47,555 nucleotides of DNA from a bacterium (GTDB taxonomy: Bacteria; Actinomycetota; Acidimicrobiia; Acidimicrobiales; Bin134): assembly GCA_026709815.1 (NCBI GenBank), contig JAPOSH010000044.1, positions 1 through 47,555 of the forward strand. The letters are read 5' to 3'. A model generated the notes under the pieces. The model did no database searches. It worked only from the letters and a program-made list of their open reading frames with translations, and was not told the DNA's origin. Below are positions 28,056 to 36,566 of this stretch, one piece after another. Each line of letters opens with the position of its first letter. Position 1 is the stretch's first letter. A program made the position numbers and the translations under genes.

Positions 28056-28849
28056 CGCTGATGCCGAGGACAAGAGTAAGTGGTGCGCCCGCCGATGGTC
28101 CGCCGGTCCAGCAGCTCGCCGTCTCGGGGACAGGAGCCGCCCCGGACTCGGGCCAAGTGGAGGTCGCCGGTGTGCGAGCCGCCCCGCTCGGCCAACTCGG
28201 CCGTCGTCGAGCGGATGGCCTCGGCCAGCTGCTTCTGCTCGACCTCGTCGAGAGACCGGGCCTCGCGAGCCGGGTCCAGCCCGGTGCGCCACAGGATCTC
28301 GTCAACCAGCAGGTTGCCCAACCCGGCCACCCGCCGCTGGTCCAGCAGTCGGGCTTTCAGCGCATTGCGGCCCCCTTCCAAAGCGGCGGCCAACTGCTCA
28401 TCAGCCACCTCGAAGGCATCAGGGCCGAGTCGGGAGTCATCGGGGTTCAGCTCCACGCCGCCCAGGCGGCGGGGATCGACCACCGCCAAGGATCCTTCGT
28501 CGTCGAAGCGCAGTTCGAAACGGCACCATTCGGGAAGAATCCGAGCGCTGGAGTACTCCAGCCTCTCAATTGCGGCGAGATCGTCCATCACCAGCCTGCC
28601 AGTCATGCCGAAGCGAAGGCCCAGCACCGCTCCGAGCCGTCCGTCGGGACCACCGAAGTCCATCATCAGGAGCTTGCCCGTCCGGCGCAACCCGGCAACG
28701 GTTTGGCCCGCCAATGCAAGATCCAGCGCACCAGCGTCGGCGCCTCCCTTTATGAACCAGTCGTCGGGGGCGCGAACCGCCGACACTGCGCGACCCACCG
28801 CAGCCGCTGCGGCCCGGCGGTAGTACTCGACCTCGATGATCTCAGGCAG
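28052..28849 (-). CDS. Fpg/Nei family DNA glycosylase (CTG start)
   Basis: N-terminal (M)PEIIEVEYYRR from CTG 28849; RRTGKLL, LRFGMTG, DPRRLG, LLDQRRVAGLGNLLVDE, CPRDG...CPRHQ zinc finger. Confidence 0.88.
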   Translation of the reverse strand: MPEIIEVEYYRRAAAAAVGRAVSAVRAPDDWFIKGGADAGALDLALAGQTVAGLRRTGKLLMMDFGGPDGRLGAVLGLRFGMTGRLVMDDLAAIERLEYSSARILPEWCRFELRFDDEGSLAVVDPRRLGGVELNPDDSRLGPDAFEVADEQLAAALEGGRNALKARLLDQRRVAGLGNLLVDEILWRTGLDPAREARSLDEVEQKQLAEAIRSTTAELAERGGSHTGDLHLARVRGGSCPRDGELLDRRTIGGRTTYSCPRHQR

Positions 28850-28900
28850 CGACCCCGACCTCTCGAGGCATCAGACGAGCACTGAGGTCTCCTCGAAACA

Positions 28901-30139
28901 TCAGGCGGACTCCGCGGTGGCTTGGTCGATTGCGCAAACAAGGTCGGCGACCACGTCGTCTCCGTGCTCCAGGCCCACCGACACGCGGATGGTGCCCGGG
29001 CCGATTTCCGCGGCCGCCAGCTCCTCGGGCGCCAGCCCGGCGTGGGTGGTGGACGCCGGATGGGCGACCAGCGTCTCGGGGCCGCCCAGCGACGTCGCCA
29101 CCTGGGCCAGCCTCACCGCATCGATGAATCGACTCCCCGCTTCCCCGCCTCCCGCGAGGTCGAAGGCCAGCAGCCCTCCGAACATCCTCATCTGCCGTTT
29201 GGCCAGTTCGTGCTGGGGATGGGAGGCCAACCCGGGGTAGCGCACCGTCTCCACTGCGGGATGATCCGACAGAGCCTCAGCCAACCGCTGGGCGGTGGCG
29301 CTCTGGCGCTCGAGGCGGACTCCCAGGGTGCGCAGGCCCCGCAGTCCGTTCATGGCGTCGAACGGCGCGGCGTTGGCCCCCTGCAAGACGGCGAACCCCC
29401 AAAGGGAGGCAACCAAATCGGCGCTGCCCGACACCACTCCCAGAGTGGCGTCGTTGTGGCCGCCGAGGCCTTTGGTGGCCGAGTGCAGGCTCAGATCCAC
29501 GCCGTAGTCCAGCGGCCGGGTGACGCACGGCGGGGCGAAGGTGGAGTCCACTGCGGTCAGCGGGCCCCGAATGGCCCCCAATTCCCCCAGATCAACCAGG
29601 TCGAGGCGAGGGTTCGCCGGGCTCTCGGCGAATACCAGCATGGTCCGGCCCGGTCGGACCGCAGCTTGGAACGCCCCTGCCTCAGTGCCGTCTACAAAGG
29701 TCACGTCGATCCCGAAGCGGGGGCACACCGCCTGCAGCAGGAACTGGGTGCCGGAGTAGAGCTGTTGCTGGGCCACGATGTGATCGCCCGAGGAGCACAA
29801 GCCGAGGATGACACAGGTCGCCGCGCCCATGCCCGACGCGAAGGCCCGCGAGGCCTCCGCCCCCTCCAGGACGGCCATGGCCTCCTCAAACGCGACCACG
29901 GTGGGATTGCCGTTGCGGGTGTAGTAGCGGCTCTCCGTCGGATCCAGCGCCATGCGCCGGCCGACCTCCAACGACGGAATGCGGAACGTGGTGGTGGGAA
30001 ACAGGGTCGGGGCCAGCTCAGCCCCGCCGGAGCGTCGTCCGGCTAAGACCGCCAGGGTGTCGGGATGGGAGAACCCTGCGGGGTCGGGGGCGGCAACCGC
30101 CTCCCGGCCTCGCACATCCCCGCCCGAATCAGCAGACAC
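28901..30139 (-). CDS. PLP-dependent trans-sulfuration enzyme (cystathionine gamma-synthase / MetB-MetZ family)
   Basis: YTRNGNPT, ASGMGA, ESPANP, DSTFA, HSATKGLGGH, SLGGPETL, RVSVGLE; GTG at 30139. Confidence 0.88.
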   Translation of the reverse strand: MSADSGGDVRGREAVAAPDPAGFSHPDTLAVLAGRRSGGAELAPTLFPTTTFRIPSLEVGRRMALDPTESRYYTRNGNPTVVAFEEAMAVLEGAEASRAFASGMGAATCVILGLCSSGDHIVAQQQLYSGTQFLLQAVCPRFGIDVTFVDGTEAGAFQAAVRPGRTMLVFAESPANPRLDLVDLGELGAIRGPLTAVDSTFAPPCVTRPLDYGVDLSLHSATKGLGGHNDATLGVVSGSADLVASLWGFAVLQGANAAPFDAMNGLRGLRTLGVRLERQSATAQRLAEALSDHPAVETVRYPGLASHPQHELAKRQMRMFGGLLAFDLAGGGEAGSRFIDAVRLAQVATSLGGPETLVAHPASTTHAGLAPEELAAAEIGPGTIRVSVGLEHGDDVVADLVCAIDQATAESA

Positions 30140-31385
30140 TGCTCGCCTCTTTTTCCAGGAAGTCCTTGATGGCCTGGCCCACCGCTTCGACCTCCAGCAA
30201 AAACCCATCGTGGCCGTGGGGGCTGTCCACCACCGTGTACACGCAGCGACCGCCTGCAGCCACCACCGCGTCGTGCAGCTCCCGCTGCTGGCGAGGCGGG
30301 TAAAGCGTGTCGCTGGAAATGCTCAGCGAAAGCACCGGCGAGGTGATTCTGGAGATGGCTCGGGCGATGCCGCCCCGGTCCCGGCCGATGTCGTGCAAGT
30401 CCATCACCCGGTTGAGCACCAGGTAGGTGTTGGCATCGAACCGGCGGACCAGCTTCTCCCCGTGATAGTCCAGGTACGACTCCACCTGGAACCGGTCCCA
30501 GGCGCCGTACACCGAGCGGACATCGAACAACTCCCGGCCGAAGCGGTCTTCGAACACCTCGTCGGACCGGTAGGTGATCTGGGCCAGGGAACGGGCGATG
30601 GCCAATCCGGCATGGGGTCCCTGGCCGGGCGGATTGTCGTAGTAGTCGCCTCCCCGCCAGTTGGGGTCCAGCGCCAGCGCGGTGCGGCCTACCGCCGACC
30701 AGCCGACCTGCTGGGCGCTGGCCGCCATGCAGCCGGCCAGCGCGCACACCGAGCCCACCCGGTCGGGGAACATCACCGCCCACTCCAAGGCCTGCATCGC
30801 CCCCATGGAGCCTCCCACCACGGTCAACCACCGCCCGATGCCAAGGTGGTCGGCCAGCCGGCGCTGGGTGCGCACGATGTCGCGCACCGTCACGGTGGGA
30901 AACGAAGAGCCGTAGGGGTCGCCGGTTCGGGGGTCGGGCGAGGACGGCCCGGTAGTGCCCTGACACCCGCCCAGCACATTGGCGCACACCACGTAGAGAG
31001 AATCGGTGTCCAGCGTCTTGGCCGGGCCTACCATCTCCCCCCACCAGCCGGGTGTGGGGTGGGCGTGGCCGGCGTCGCCCGAGACGTGCGAGTCGCCGGT
31101 GAGGGCGTGGCAGACCAGCACGGCGTTCGATCCGTCGGCGGCCAGTTCGCCCCAAGTCTCATAGGCCACGGTCACATCCCGGAGCGATCCACCGCCCTCG
31201 AGCTCAAAGGTGTGAGGGCGTTGCAAGGTGAAGAACCGGCGGTTGCCGCGAGGGTCACCGGGCCGCCACGCGCCGGTTACCGGCAGGTCGGCGGAATAGC
31301 CCCGAGGATGGGGCGCGGGAATTACGCCATCGGTGGTCGACGCGACAGGACTGCTCAAAGGCTTGCGGGTCTCGCTTGCCGGCAT
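30129..31385 (-). CDS. metX: Homoserine O-acetyltransferase
   Basis: AYETWG, CHALTGD, NVLGGCQGTTGP, GGSMG nucleophile, RFDANTY, HGHDGFL. Confidence 0.92.
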   Translation of the reverse strand: MPASETRKPLSSPVASTTDGVIPAPHPRGYSADLPVTGAWRPGDPRGNRRFFTLQRPHTFELEGGGSLRDVTVAYETWGELAADGSNAVLVCHALTGDSHVSGDAGHAHPTPGWWGEMVGPAKTLDTDSLYVVCANVLGGCQGTTGPSSPDPRTGDPYGSSFPTVTVRDIVRTQRRLADHLGIGRWLTVVGGSMGAMQALEWAVMFPDRVGSVCALAGCMAASAQQVGWSAVGRTALALDPNWRGGDYYDNPPGQGPHAGLAIARSLAQITYRSDEVFEDRFGRELFDVRSVYGAWDRFQVESYLDYHGEKLVRRFDANTYLVLNRVMDLHDIGRDRGGIARAISRITSPVLSLSISSDTLYPPRQQRELHDAVVAAGGRCVYTVVDSPHGHDGFLLEVEAVGQAIKDFLEKEASSVC

Positions 31386-31429
31386 GGTCCTCCCTTCGCC
31401 TTGGGCTCAACCTTTTGCTCCCTGATCAC

Positions 31430-32596
31430 TCAGACGGGCTCAGCTACCGGATCCCATTGGTCGAGGGCGTCTAGGCGATCGTCGTTGGAGAACATCTCCA
31501 CGATAGGCAGGTCCAACGAGAGCCGGCGCTGAAGCCGCTTGACTTCGAGCTCCTCGTTCCAAAGCGACAACGTCACCGCCATCCCCTTCTCCCCCGCCCG
31601 GGCAGTGCGCCCCGAGCGGTGCAGATAGGTCTTGTGGTCGGGCGGCGGGTCGTAGTGAATCACCACGTCCACATCATCGATGTGCAGACCCCGGGCGGCC
31701 ACGTCGGTGGCCACCAGCGCCTGGATCTCGCCCGACGCGAATCGCTCCAGCGACCGCTCCCGGGCCTTTTGGCGCAGGTCGCCGTGGATAGGCTCGGCTC
31801 GCACGCTCTCCGCTTTCAGCTTGCGGCTGAGGCGGTCGCAACCGTGGCGGGTAGCGGAGAACACCAGTGTGCGCTTGGAGGCCTGGATAATGGCCGCGGC
31901 CACCTTGACCTTGTCCATCTCGTGCACGGCCACAAACCGGTGCTGCATCTCGTCCACCGTCACCTGCGGAGATTGAACCTCGTGGCGAACCGGGTTGTGC
32001 TGGTAACGACGGACCAGGGCGTCTACCACCCCGTCGAGGGTGGCGGAGAACAGCAAGGTCTGATGGCGGGAGTCCACATGGCGCAGGATCCACTCCACCT
32101 GGGGCAAGAAGCCCATGTCGGCCATGCGATCGGCCTCATCCACCACCACCATCTCCAGCTTGGCCACCGACACTGCCTTGCGGTCGATCAGGTCGATGAG
32201 GCGCCCGGGCGTGGCCACGATGATGTCCAGCCCGGATTTGATCTTGTTGATCTGGGCCTCCATCGGGGCACCGCCGTAGACCGGGGCCAGGTCGAGATCC
32301 CGGCATCGGGCCAGTGGATGGAGCTCTTCGGCCACCTGCACGGCCAGCTCCCGGGTGGGAACCAGTATCAGGCCGCGCACCCAATGGGAGTCGGCCCGGG
32401 ACAGATTCTCCACCAGGGGCAGGCCGAAAGCCAGGGTTTTTCCCGACCCGGTCTTGGCCTTGCCGCACACGTCTTTGCCGGCGAGGGCATCGGGGATGGT
32501 GAGGACTTGTATGGGGAATGGGGCGTGGATGCCCCGTTGGCTGAGCGCTGCCACCAGATCTGAGGCCACGCCCAATACGCGGAATTCTTCTGTCAT
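31430..32596 (-). CDS. DEAD-box RNA helicase
   Basis: Q motif, AKTGSGKT, PTRELA, TPGR, DEAD, SAT, ARGL, HRSGRTAR. Confidence 0.95.
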   Translation of the reverse strand: MTEEFRVLGVASDLVAALSQRGIHAPFPIQVLTIPDALAGKDVCGKAKTGSGKTLAFGLPLVENLSRADSHWVRGLILVPTRELAVQVAEELHPLARCRDLDLAPVYGGAPMEAQINKIKSGLDIIVATPGRLIDLIDRKAVSVAKLEMVVVDEADRMADMGFLPQVEWILRHVDSRHQTLLFSATLDGVVDALVRRYQHNPVRHEVQSPQVTVDEMQHRFVAVHEMDKVKVAAAIIQASKRTLVFSATRHGCDRLSRKLKAESVRAEPIHGDLRQKARERSLERFASGEIQALVATDVAARGLHIDDVDVVIHYDPPPDHKTYLHRSGRTARAGEKGMAVTLSLWNEELEVKRLQRRLSLDLPIVEMFSNDDRLDALDQWDPVAEPV

Positions 32597-32685
32597 CTGT
32601 GATTCGGGCGGCGGAAGGAAGCGGAAATATCGCCAGCCCGCTTCCCCAGGATAACGGGTTTACCCGTCCGAGGAGATGTTTTTCG

Positions 32686-33507
32686 CTAACGTCTCGCCAG
32701 TTTCCGGCTCAGGATCCACATCGCCCTCGCCGCCACGACCCCAAAGCAGTAGGCCGCCGAGCCGATGATCAGCGCCAGCATCACCCAGATGTTGACCCGC
32801 ACCCCGGCCAGCTCGCTGGCGAAGTCCACCCGGATGAACTCGATCCACAGGCGTCCCAGGGAATAACCCAGCACATACAGCCCGAACAGCCGGCCCGGCT
32901 TCAGCGTGAAGCGCTTGGCGACCCACAGCAGGACCCCGACCAGCGCCAGGTTCCAGATGCATTCGTAGAGGAACGTGGGATGGAAGGTTTCTCGGTCGAG
33001 GTATTGGAATCGGCGATGCTCGGGGTCGATCTCCAGGGCCCAAGGCACGTCGGTGGGCCGCCCGTACAGCTCCTGGTTGAACCAGTTCCCCCATCGGCCG
33101 ATGGCCTGGCCCAGCGGCAGCGCCGGAGCCGCCGAGTCGGCGATGCCGGACAGCGGGATGCCTCTTCGGCGGGCGTATGCCCACACGACCAAAGCGGCGA
33201 CCATGACCGCGCCGGGTATGCCCAGGCCTCCCTCCCAGATCTGCCAGGTTTCTCCCCAGTTGCCCTCGTAGGTCTTCCAGTCGGTGACCACATGGTAGGC
33301 ACGGGCGCCGATCAGCCCGGCGATCACCGCCCACGCGGTGATGGAGCTGGCCAACTCTTGAGAGTGGCCCCGCTGGGTGAACCGCCGGGTGAAGAGCCAA
33401 GCGGCGGCAACCACACCGAGGGCGATCATCAAGCCGTAGGCCCGAAGTTCCAGAGAGCCGATCTCCAGACTGTCGGCGCCCGGACTGGGAATCGCTGCTG
33501 GCATCAC
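32686..33507 (-). CDS. lgt: Prolipoprotein diacylglyceryl transferase
   Basis: RAYGLM, GAR.YHV, WEGGL, QAIGRWGNWFNQELYG, HPTFLYE. Confidence 0.94.
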   Translation of the reverse strand: MMPAAIPSPGADSLEIGSLELRAYGLMIALGVVAAAWLFTRRFTQRGHSQELASSITAWAVIAGLIGARAYHVVTDWKTYEGNWGETWQIWEGGLGIPGAVMVAALVVWAYARRRGIPLSGIADSAAPALPLGQAIGRWGNWFNQELYGRPTDVPWALEIDPEHRRFQYLDRETFHPTFLYECIWNLALVGVLLWVAKRFTLKPGRLFGLYVLGYSLGRLWIEFIRVDFASELAGVRVNIWVMLALIIGSAAYCFGVVAARAMWILSRKLARR

Positions 33508-33586
33508 CGCTCCACTCTGCCACGCGACGGCGCCGATGGCTCAGCTCTGCTGCGGACGCGGCGCGTGAGCGGATTAGATTCAGCTT

Positions 33587-34042
33587 ATGACCGACAGCGC
33601 TCGACAAATTGAAAACCTGATATACACCTACGCTGAGCGGATCGACTCCGGAAACCTGGAGGGGGTGGCCGACCTGTTCGCCAACGGGCGGATTGTGGCT
33701 TCCCCCGGCGCGACGATGGAAACCACAGTGGCCGGGCGCGACGAGGTGCTGGAGATGTACCAGGGGTCCACCCGCATCCACCCTTGCGGCACCCCCCGCA
33801 CCAAGCACGTCACCACCAACGTCATCATCGAGGTCGACGACGACGCCGGCACAGCCGCGGCCCGGTCGTATTTCACCGTCTTCCAACAGCTCGACGACTT
33901 CCCGCTCCAGCCCGTCATCACCGGCCGCTACCACGACGCCTTCCACCGGATCGAAGGGGTGTGGTGGTTCGACCAGCGGACCATGCTGGTAGACCAGCTC
34001 GGCGACCTCAGCCGCCACCTGCTGTTCGAGTTGAAGCCGTGA
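33587..34042 (+). CDS. SnoaL-like / NTF2-family protein
   Basis: IENLIYTYAERID, TKHVTTN, GRYHDAF.R..G.W.F. Confidence 0.85.
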   Translation: MTDSARQIENLIYTYAERIDSGNLEGVADLFANGRIVASPGATMETTVAGRDEVLEMYQGSTRIHPCGTPRTKHVTTNVIIEVDDDAGTAAARSYFTVFQQLDDFPLQPVITGRYHDAFHRIEGVWWFDQRTMLVDQLGDLSRHLLFELKP

Positions 34043-34082
34043 GACCAATTTCGCACTCGCCCCGCACCGAAAGAAGGAACCC

Positions 34083-34868
34083 ATGACCGACTTGACTCCC
34101 GCCAACCTCTTCAGCCTTGAGAACAAGGTCGCCCTGGTCACCGGAGGGGGGCGGGGCATCGGCGCCATGTTCACCGAAGGACTCCTGGGCGCGGGCGCCC
34201 GGGTGATCATCTCCTCCCGCCGACAGGATCAACTCGACGAGGCGGTCAAGGAGATGGGGAGCATCGGGCCCATCGAGGCCATCGCGGCCGACCTGTCCAC
34301 CGAGCAGGGCTGCCTGGGGTTGGCCGAAGCCGTCGGCCAGCGCACCGGGCGGCTGGACGTCTTGATCAACAACGCCGGGGCCACTTGGGGAGCGCCGATA
34401 GCAGAGTTCCCCGATGCGGCCTGGGACCGGGTGATGAGTCTGAACGTCAAGGGGGTGTTCCAGCTGACCGCAGCCCTGATTCCCCTGCTGGAGGCAGCGG
34501 CGGATGCCGATGATCCCGCCCGGGTGATCAACGTGGGCTCGATTCATGGACTCCAAGCCCCCGAACTCGATAACTACTCCTACTCGGCCAGCAAGGCTGC
34601 GGTGCATCACATGACCCGGGTGCTGGCCAAGAAGCTGGCCCCCCAGCACATCACGGTGAACTGCATCGCGCCCGGGGTGTTCCGCACCAAGATGATGGCC
34701 CACACCCTGGACACCTTCGGCGACGAGATCGTGGCCGACACCCCGCTGGGAAGGATCGGGCGACCCGAGGACATGGCCGGAGCAGTGCTGTTCCTGTCGG
34801 GGCGGGGCGGGGCTTATCTGACCGGCGCGGTCATCCCCGTGGAAGGCGGCTACGCCACCACCCTCTAG
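34083..34868 (+). CDS. Short-chain dehydrogenase/reductase
   Basis: TGGGRGIG, NNAG, YSASK. Confidence 0.92.
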   Translation: MTDLTPANLFSLENKVALVTGGGRGIGAMFTEGLLGAGARVIISSRRQDQLDEAVKEMGSIGPIEAIAADLSTEQGCLGLAEAVGQRTGRLDVLINNAGATWGAPIAEFPDAAWDRVMSLNVKGVFQLTAALIPLLEAAADADDPARVINVGSIHGLQAPELDNYSYSASKAAVHHMTRVLAKKLAPQHITVNCIAPGVFRTKMMAHTLDTFGDEIVADTPLGRIGRPEDMAGAVLFLSGRGGAYLTGAVIPVEGGYATTL

Positions 34869-34875
34869 CCGCGGC

Positions 34876-36525
34876 TCATAGCCGTGCCCCCGGTGGTCGT
34901 CGAAGTCCCGAATCGGCGTCCGGCACCCGAATAAGAAGCACCCCTTCGGGAGCATCGAGCACGATGGCCGAGGTGATGGCGGCCCCCGCGGGCCGCCGCG
35001 AGGAGAAAGCCAACCGCCACTGACCGGGCGGAAGCTGGAACTCAGCCGGGACGTCGCCCGCGTTGAGAGCGCACACGGTGTCGCCCCGCCGGAAGCCGAT
35101 CACCGAGCTTGTCCGGCCGGTCAGCCACTCCAGCCCCTCGGCGTGCAGGTCGTGCCGCTCTCGTCGCAGGGCCAGCAGCTTTCGATACTTGTGCAGGATT
35201 GAGCCCTGCTCGCCGCGTTGGACGGACACGGTTTCTCCGTCTTCGCGGGCTGCAGGCAGCCACGACTCGGCGCCATCGGTAAAGCCAGCGGCGGGCCCCG
35301 GCGACCACGGCATCGGAGTGCGGCATCCGTCGCGCCCGTCAGCGGGGTTCTGGTTGCGAATGGCCACCGGGTCTCGGCGCTGGTCCAGTGGCACGTCTAC
35401 ATCTTCCAGGCCCAGCTCGTCACCCTGATACAAAAAGGGCAGGCCGGGCAGGGCGAACAGCATCACGCTGTAGGCCAGCGACCGCGACTGGCCCATCTCG
35501 CCGCCGCCCAGCCGGGAGGGCGCCCGGGGGTCGTCGTGGCTGCTGATTGCCCAGGACAAATCCCGGGGGGCGGCATCCAGCGCGTCCCGGAACGTAGACC
35601 ACATAGCCGACGGCTCCCAGGGAGTGTGCATGGGCGCGAAGTAAAACGCCCGGTGCAGCCCGTCTTGGGCCGACACATATCGGCTGACCCGGTCGGGGTT
35701 GTTCTCCCTCAGGTAGACCTCCCCCAAAAGGAGGGCGTCGTAACGCTCGGCGATGGCCCGCCAACGTCGATAGATGGAAGCATTGCCCGACTGGTCGAGG
35801 TCATAGCGGTGCTCGTAGCAGCCGAATACCTGGCGGGGGCTCATGCCGGGAGCAGTCGCAAAGCGCTGGGGATTGTCGGGCATGAGCATGTTCTTGACCA
35901 GGCCGTGCGCCACATCGATCCGGAATCCGTCCACTTCTCGGTCGAGCCAGAACGCCAGCACGTCGTCGAACTCCCGCACCAGGTTCGGGTTTGACCAGTT
36001 CAGATCGGGCTGCTCCGGCAAGAACAAGTGCAGGTAGTACTGCTGCGAGGCCTCGTCAAAGGTCCACGCAGACCCGCCGAAGTGCGATACCCAGTTGTTG
36101 GGCGGGCCTCCTCCCACCGCCGGATCCCGCCAGTGGTAGTAGCCCCGCTTGGGGCTGTCGGGGTCGGACCGGGAGGCTTGGAACCACGGGTGCCGGTCAG
36201 AAGAGTGGTTGGGAACCAAGTCGATGAGCACCCGCAGGCCCAGCTGATGGGCTTGGGCGATGCAGTCGTCGAAGTCGTCCAGCGTGCCGAAAAGGGGGTC
36301 GACCCCGGTGTAGTCGGCCACGTCGTAGCCGAAGTCGCACATGGGCGATGGGTAGAAGGGGGTGATCCACACGATGCCGACTCCGAGCCAGGCCAGATAG
36401 TCCAGCTTCTCGGTGAGACCGGGAAAATCGCCGACCCCGTCGCCGTCGCCGTCGGCGAACGACCGGATGTACACCTCATAGCCCACCTCGCGGTCCCACC
36501 AGCGCAAGCTGCCGTCGGCCATCAC
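34876..36525 (-). CDS. GH13 alpha-glucosidase-like glycoside hydrolase
   Basis: YIRSFAD, DFGYDV, DLVPNH, QPDLN, DGFRIDVA, GEV, SHD, RDGCRTPM. Confidence 0.92.
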   Translation of the reverse strand: MMADGSLRWWDREVGYEVYIRSFADGDGDGVGDFPGLTEKLDYLAWLGVGIVWITPFYPSPMCDFGYDVADYTGVDPLFGTLDDFDDCIAQAHQLGLRVLIDLVPNHSSDRHPWFQASRSDPDSPKRGYYHWRDPAVGGGPPNNWVSHFGGSAWTFDEASQQYYLHLFLPEQPDLNWSNPNLVREFDDVLAFWLDREVDGFRIDVAHGLVKNMLMPDNPQRFATAPGMSPRQVFGCYEHRYDLDQSGNASIYRRWRAIAERYDALLLGEVYLRENNPDRVSRYVSAQDGLHRAFYFAPMHTPWEPSAMWSTFRDALDAAPRDLSWAISSHDDPRAPSRLGGGEMGQSRSLAYSVMLFALPGLPFLYQGDELGLEDVDVPLDQRRDPVAIRNQNPADGRDGCRTPMPWSPGPAAGFTDGAESWLPAAREDGETVSVQRGEQGSILHKYRKLLALRRERHDLHAEGLEWLTGRTSSVIGFRRGDTVCALNAGDVPAEFQLPPGQWRLAFSSRRPAGAAITSAIVLDAPEGVLLIRVPDADSGLRRPPGARL

Positions 36526-36566
36526 CGATCGTGCCTCTCTAGGTGCCGAGCCGGGGCGGAGTTCGC

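Noticed and set aside
27020-28885. 621-aa plus-strand ORF and other long antisense ORFs (e.g. 29952..31532, 32660..34210)
   Set aside because: Shadow ORFs of recognisable genes in high-GC DNA; low-complexity translations without motifs.
31386-31429. SAM riboswitch upstream of metX
   Set aside because: The spacer is only 44 bp and has no SAM-I/IV motifs.
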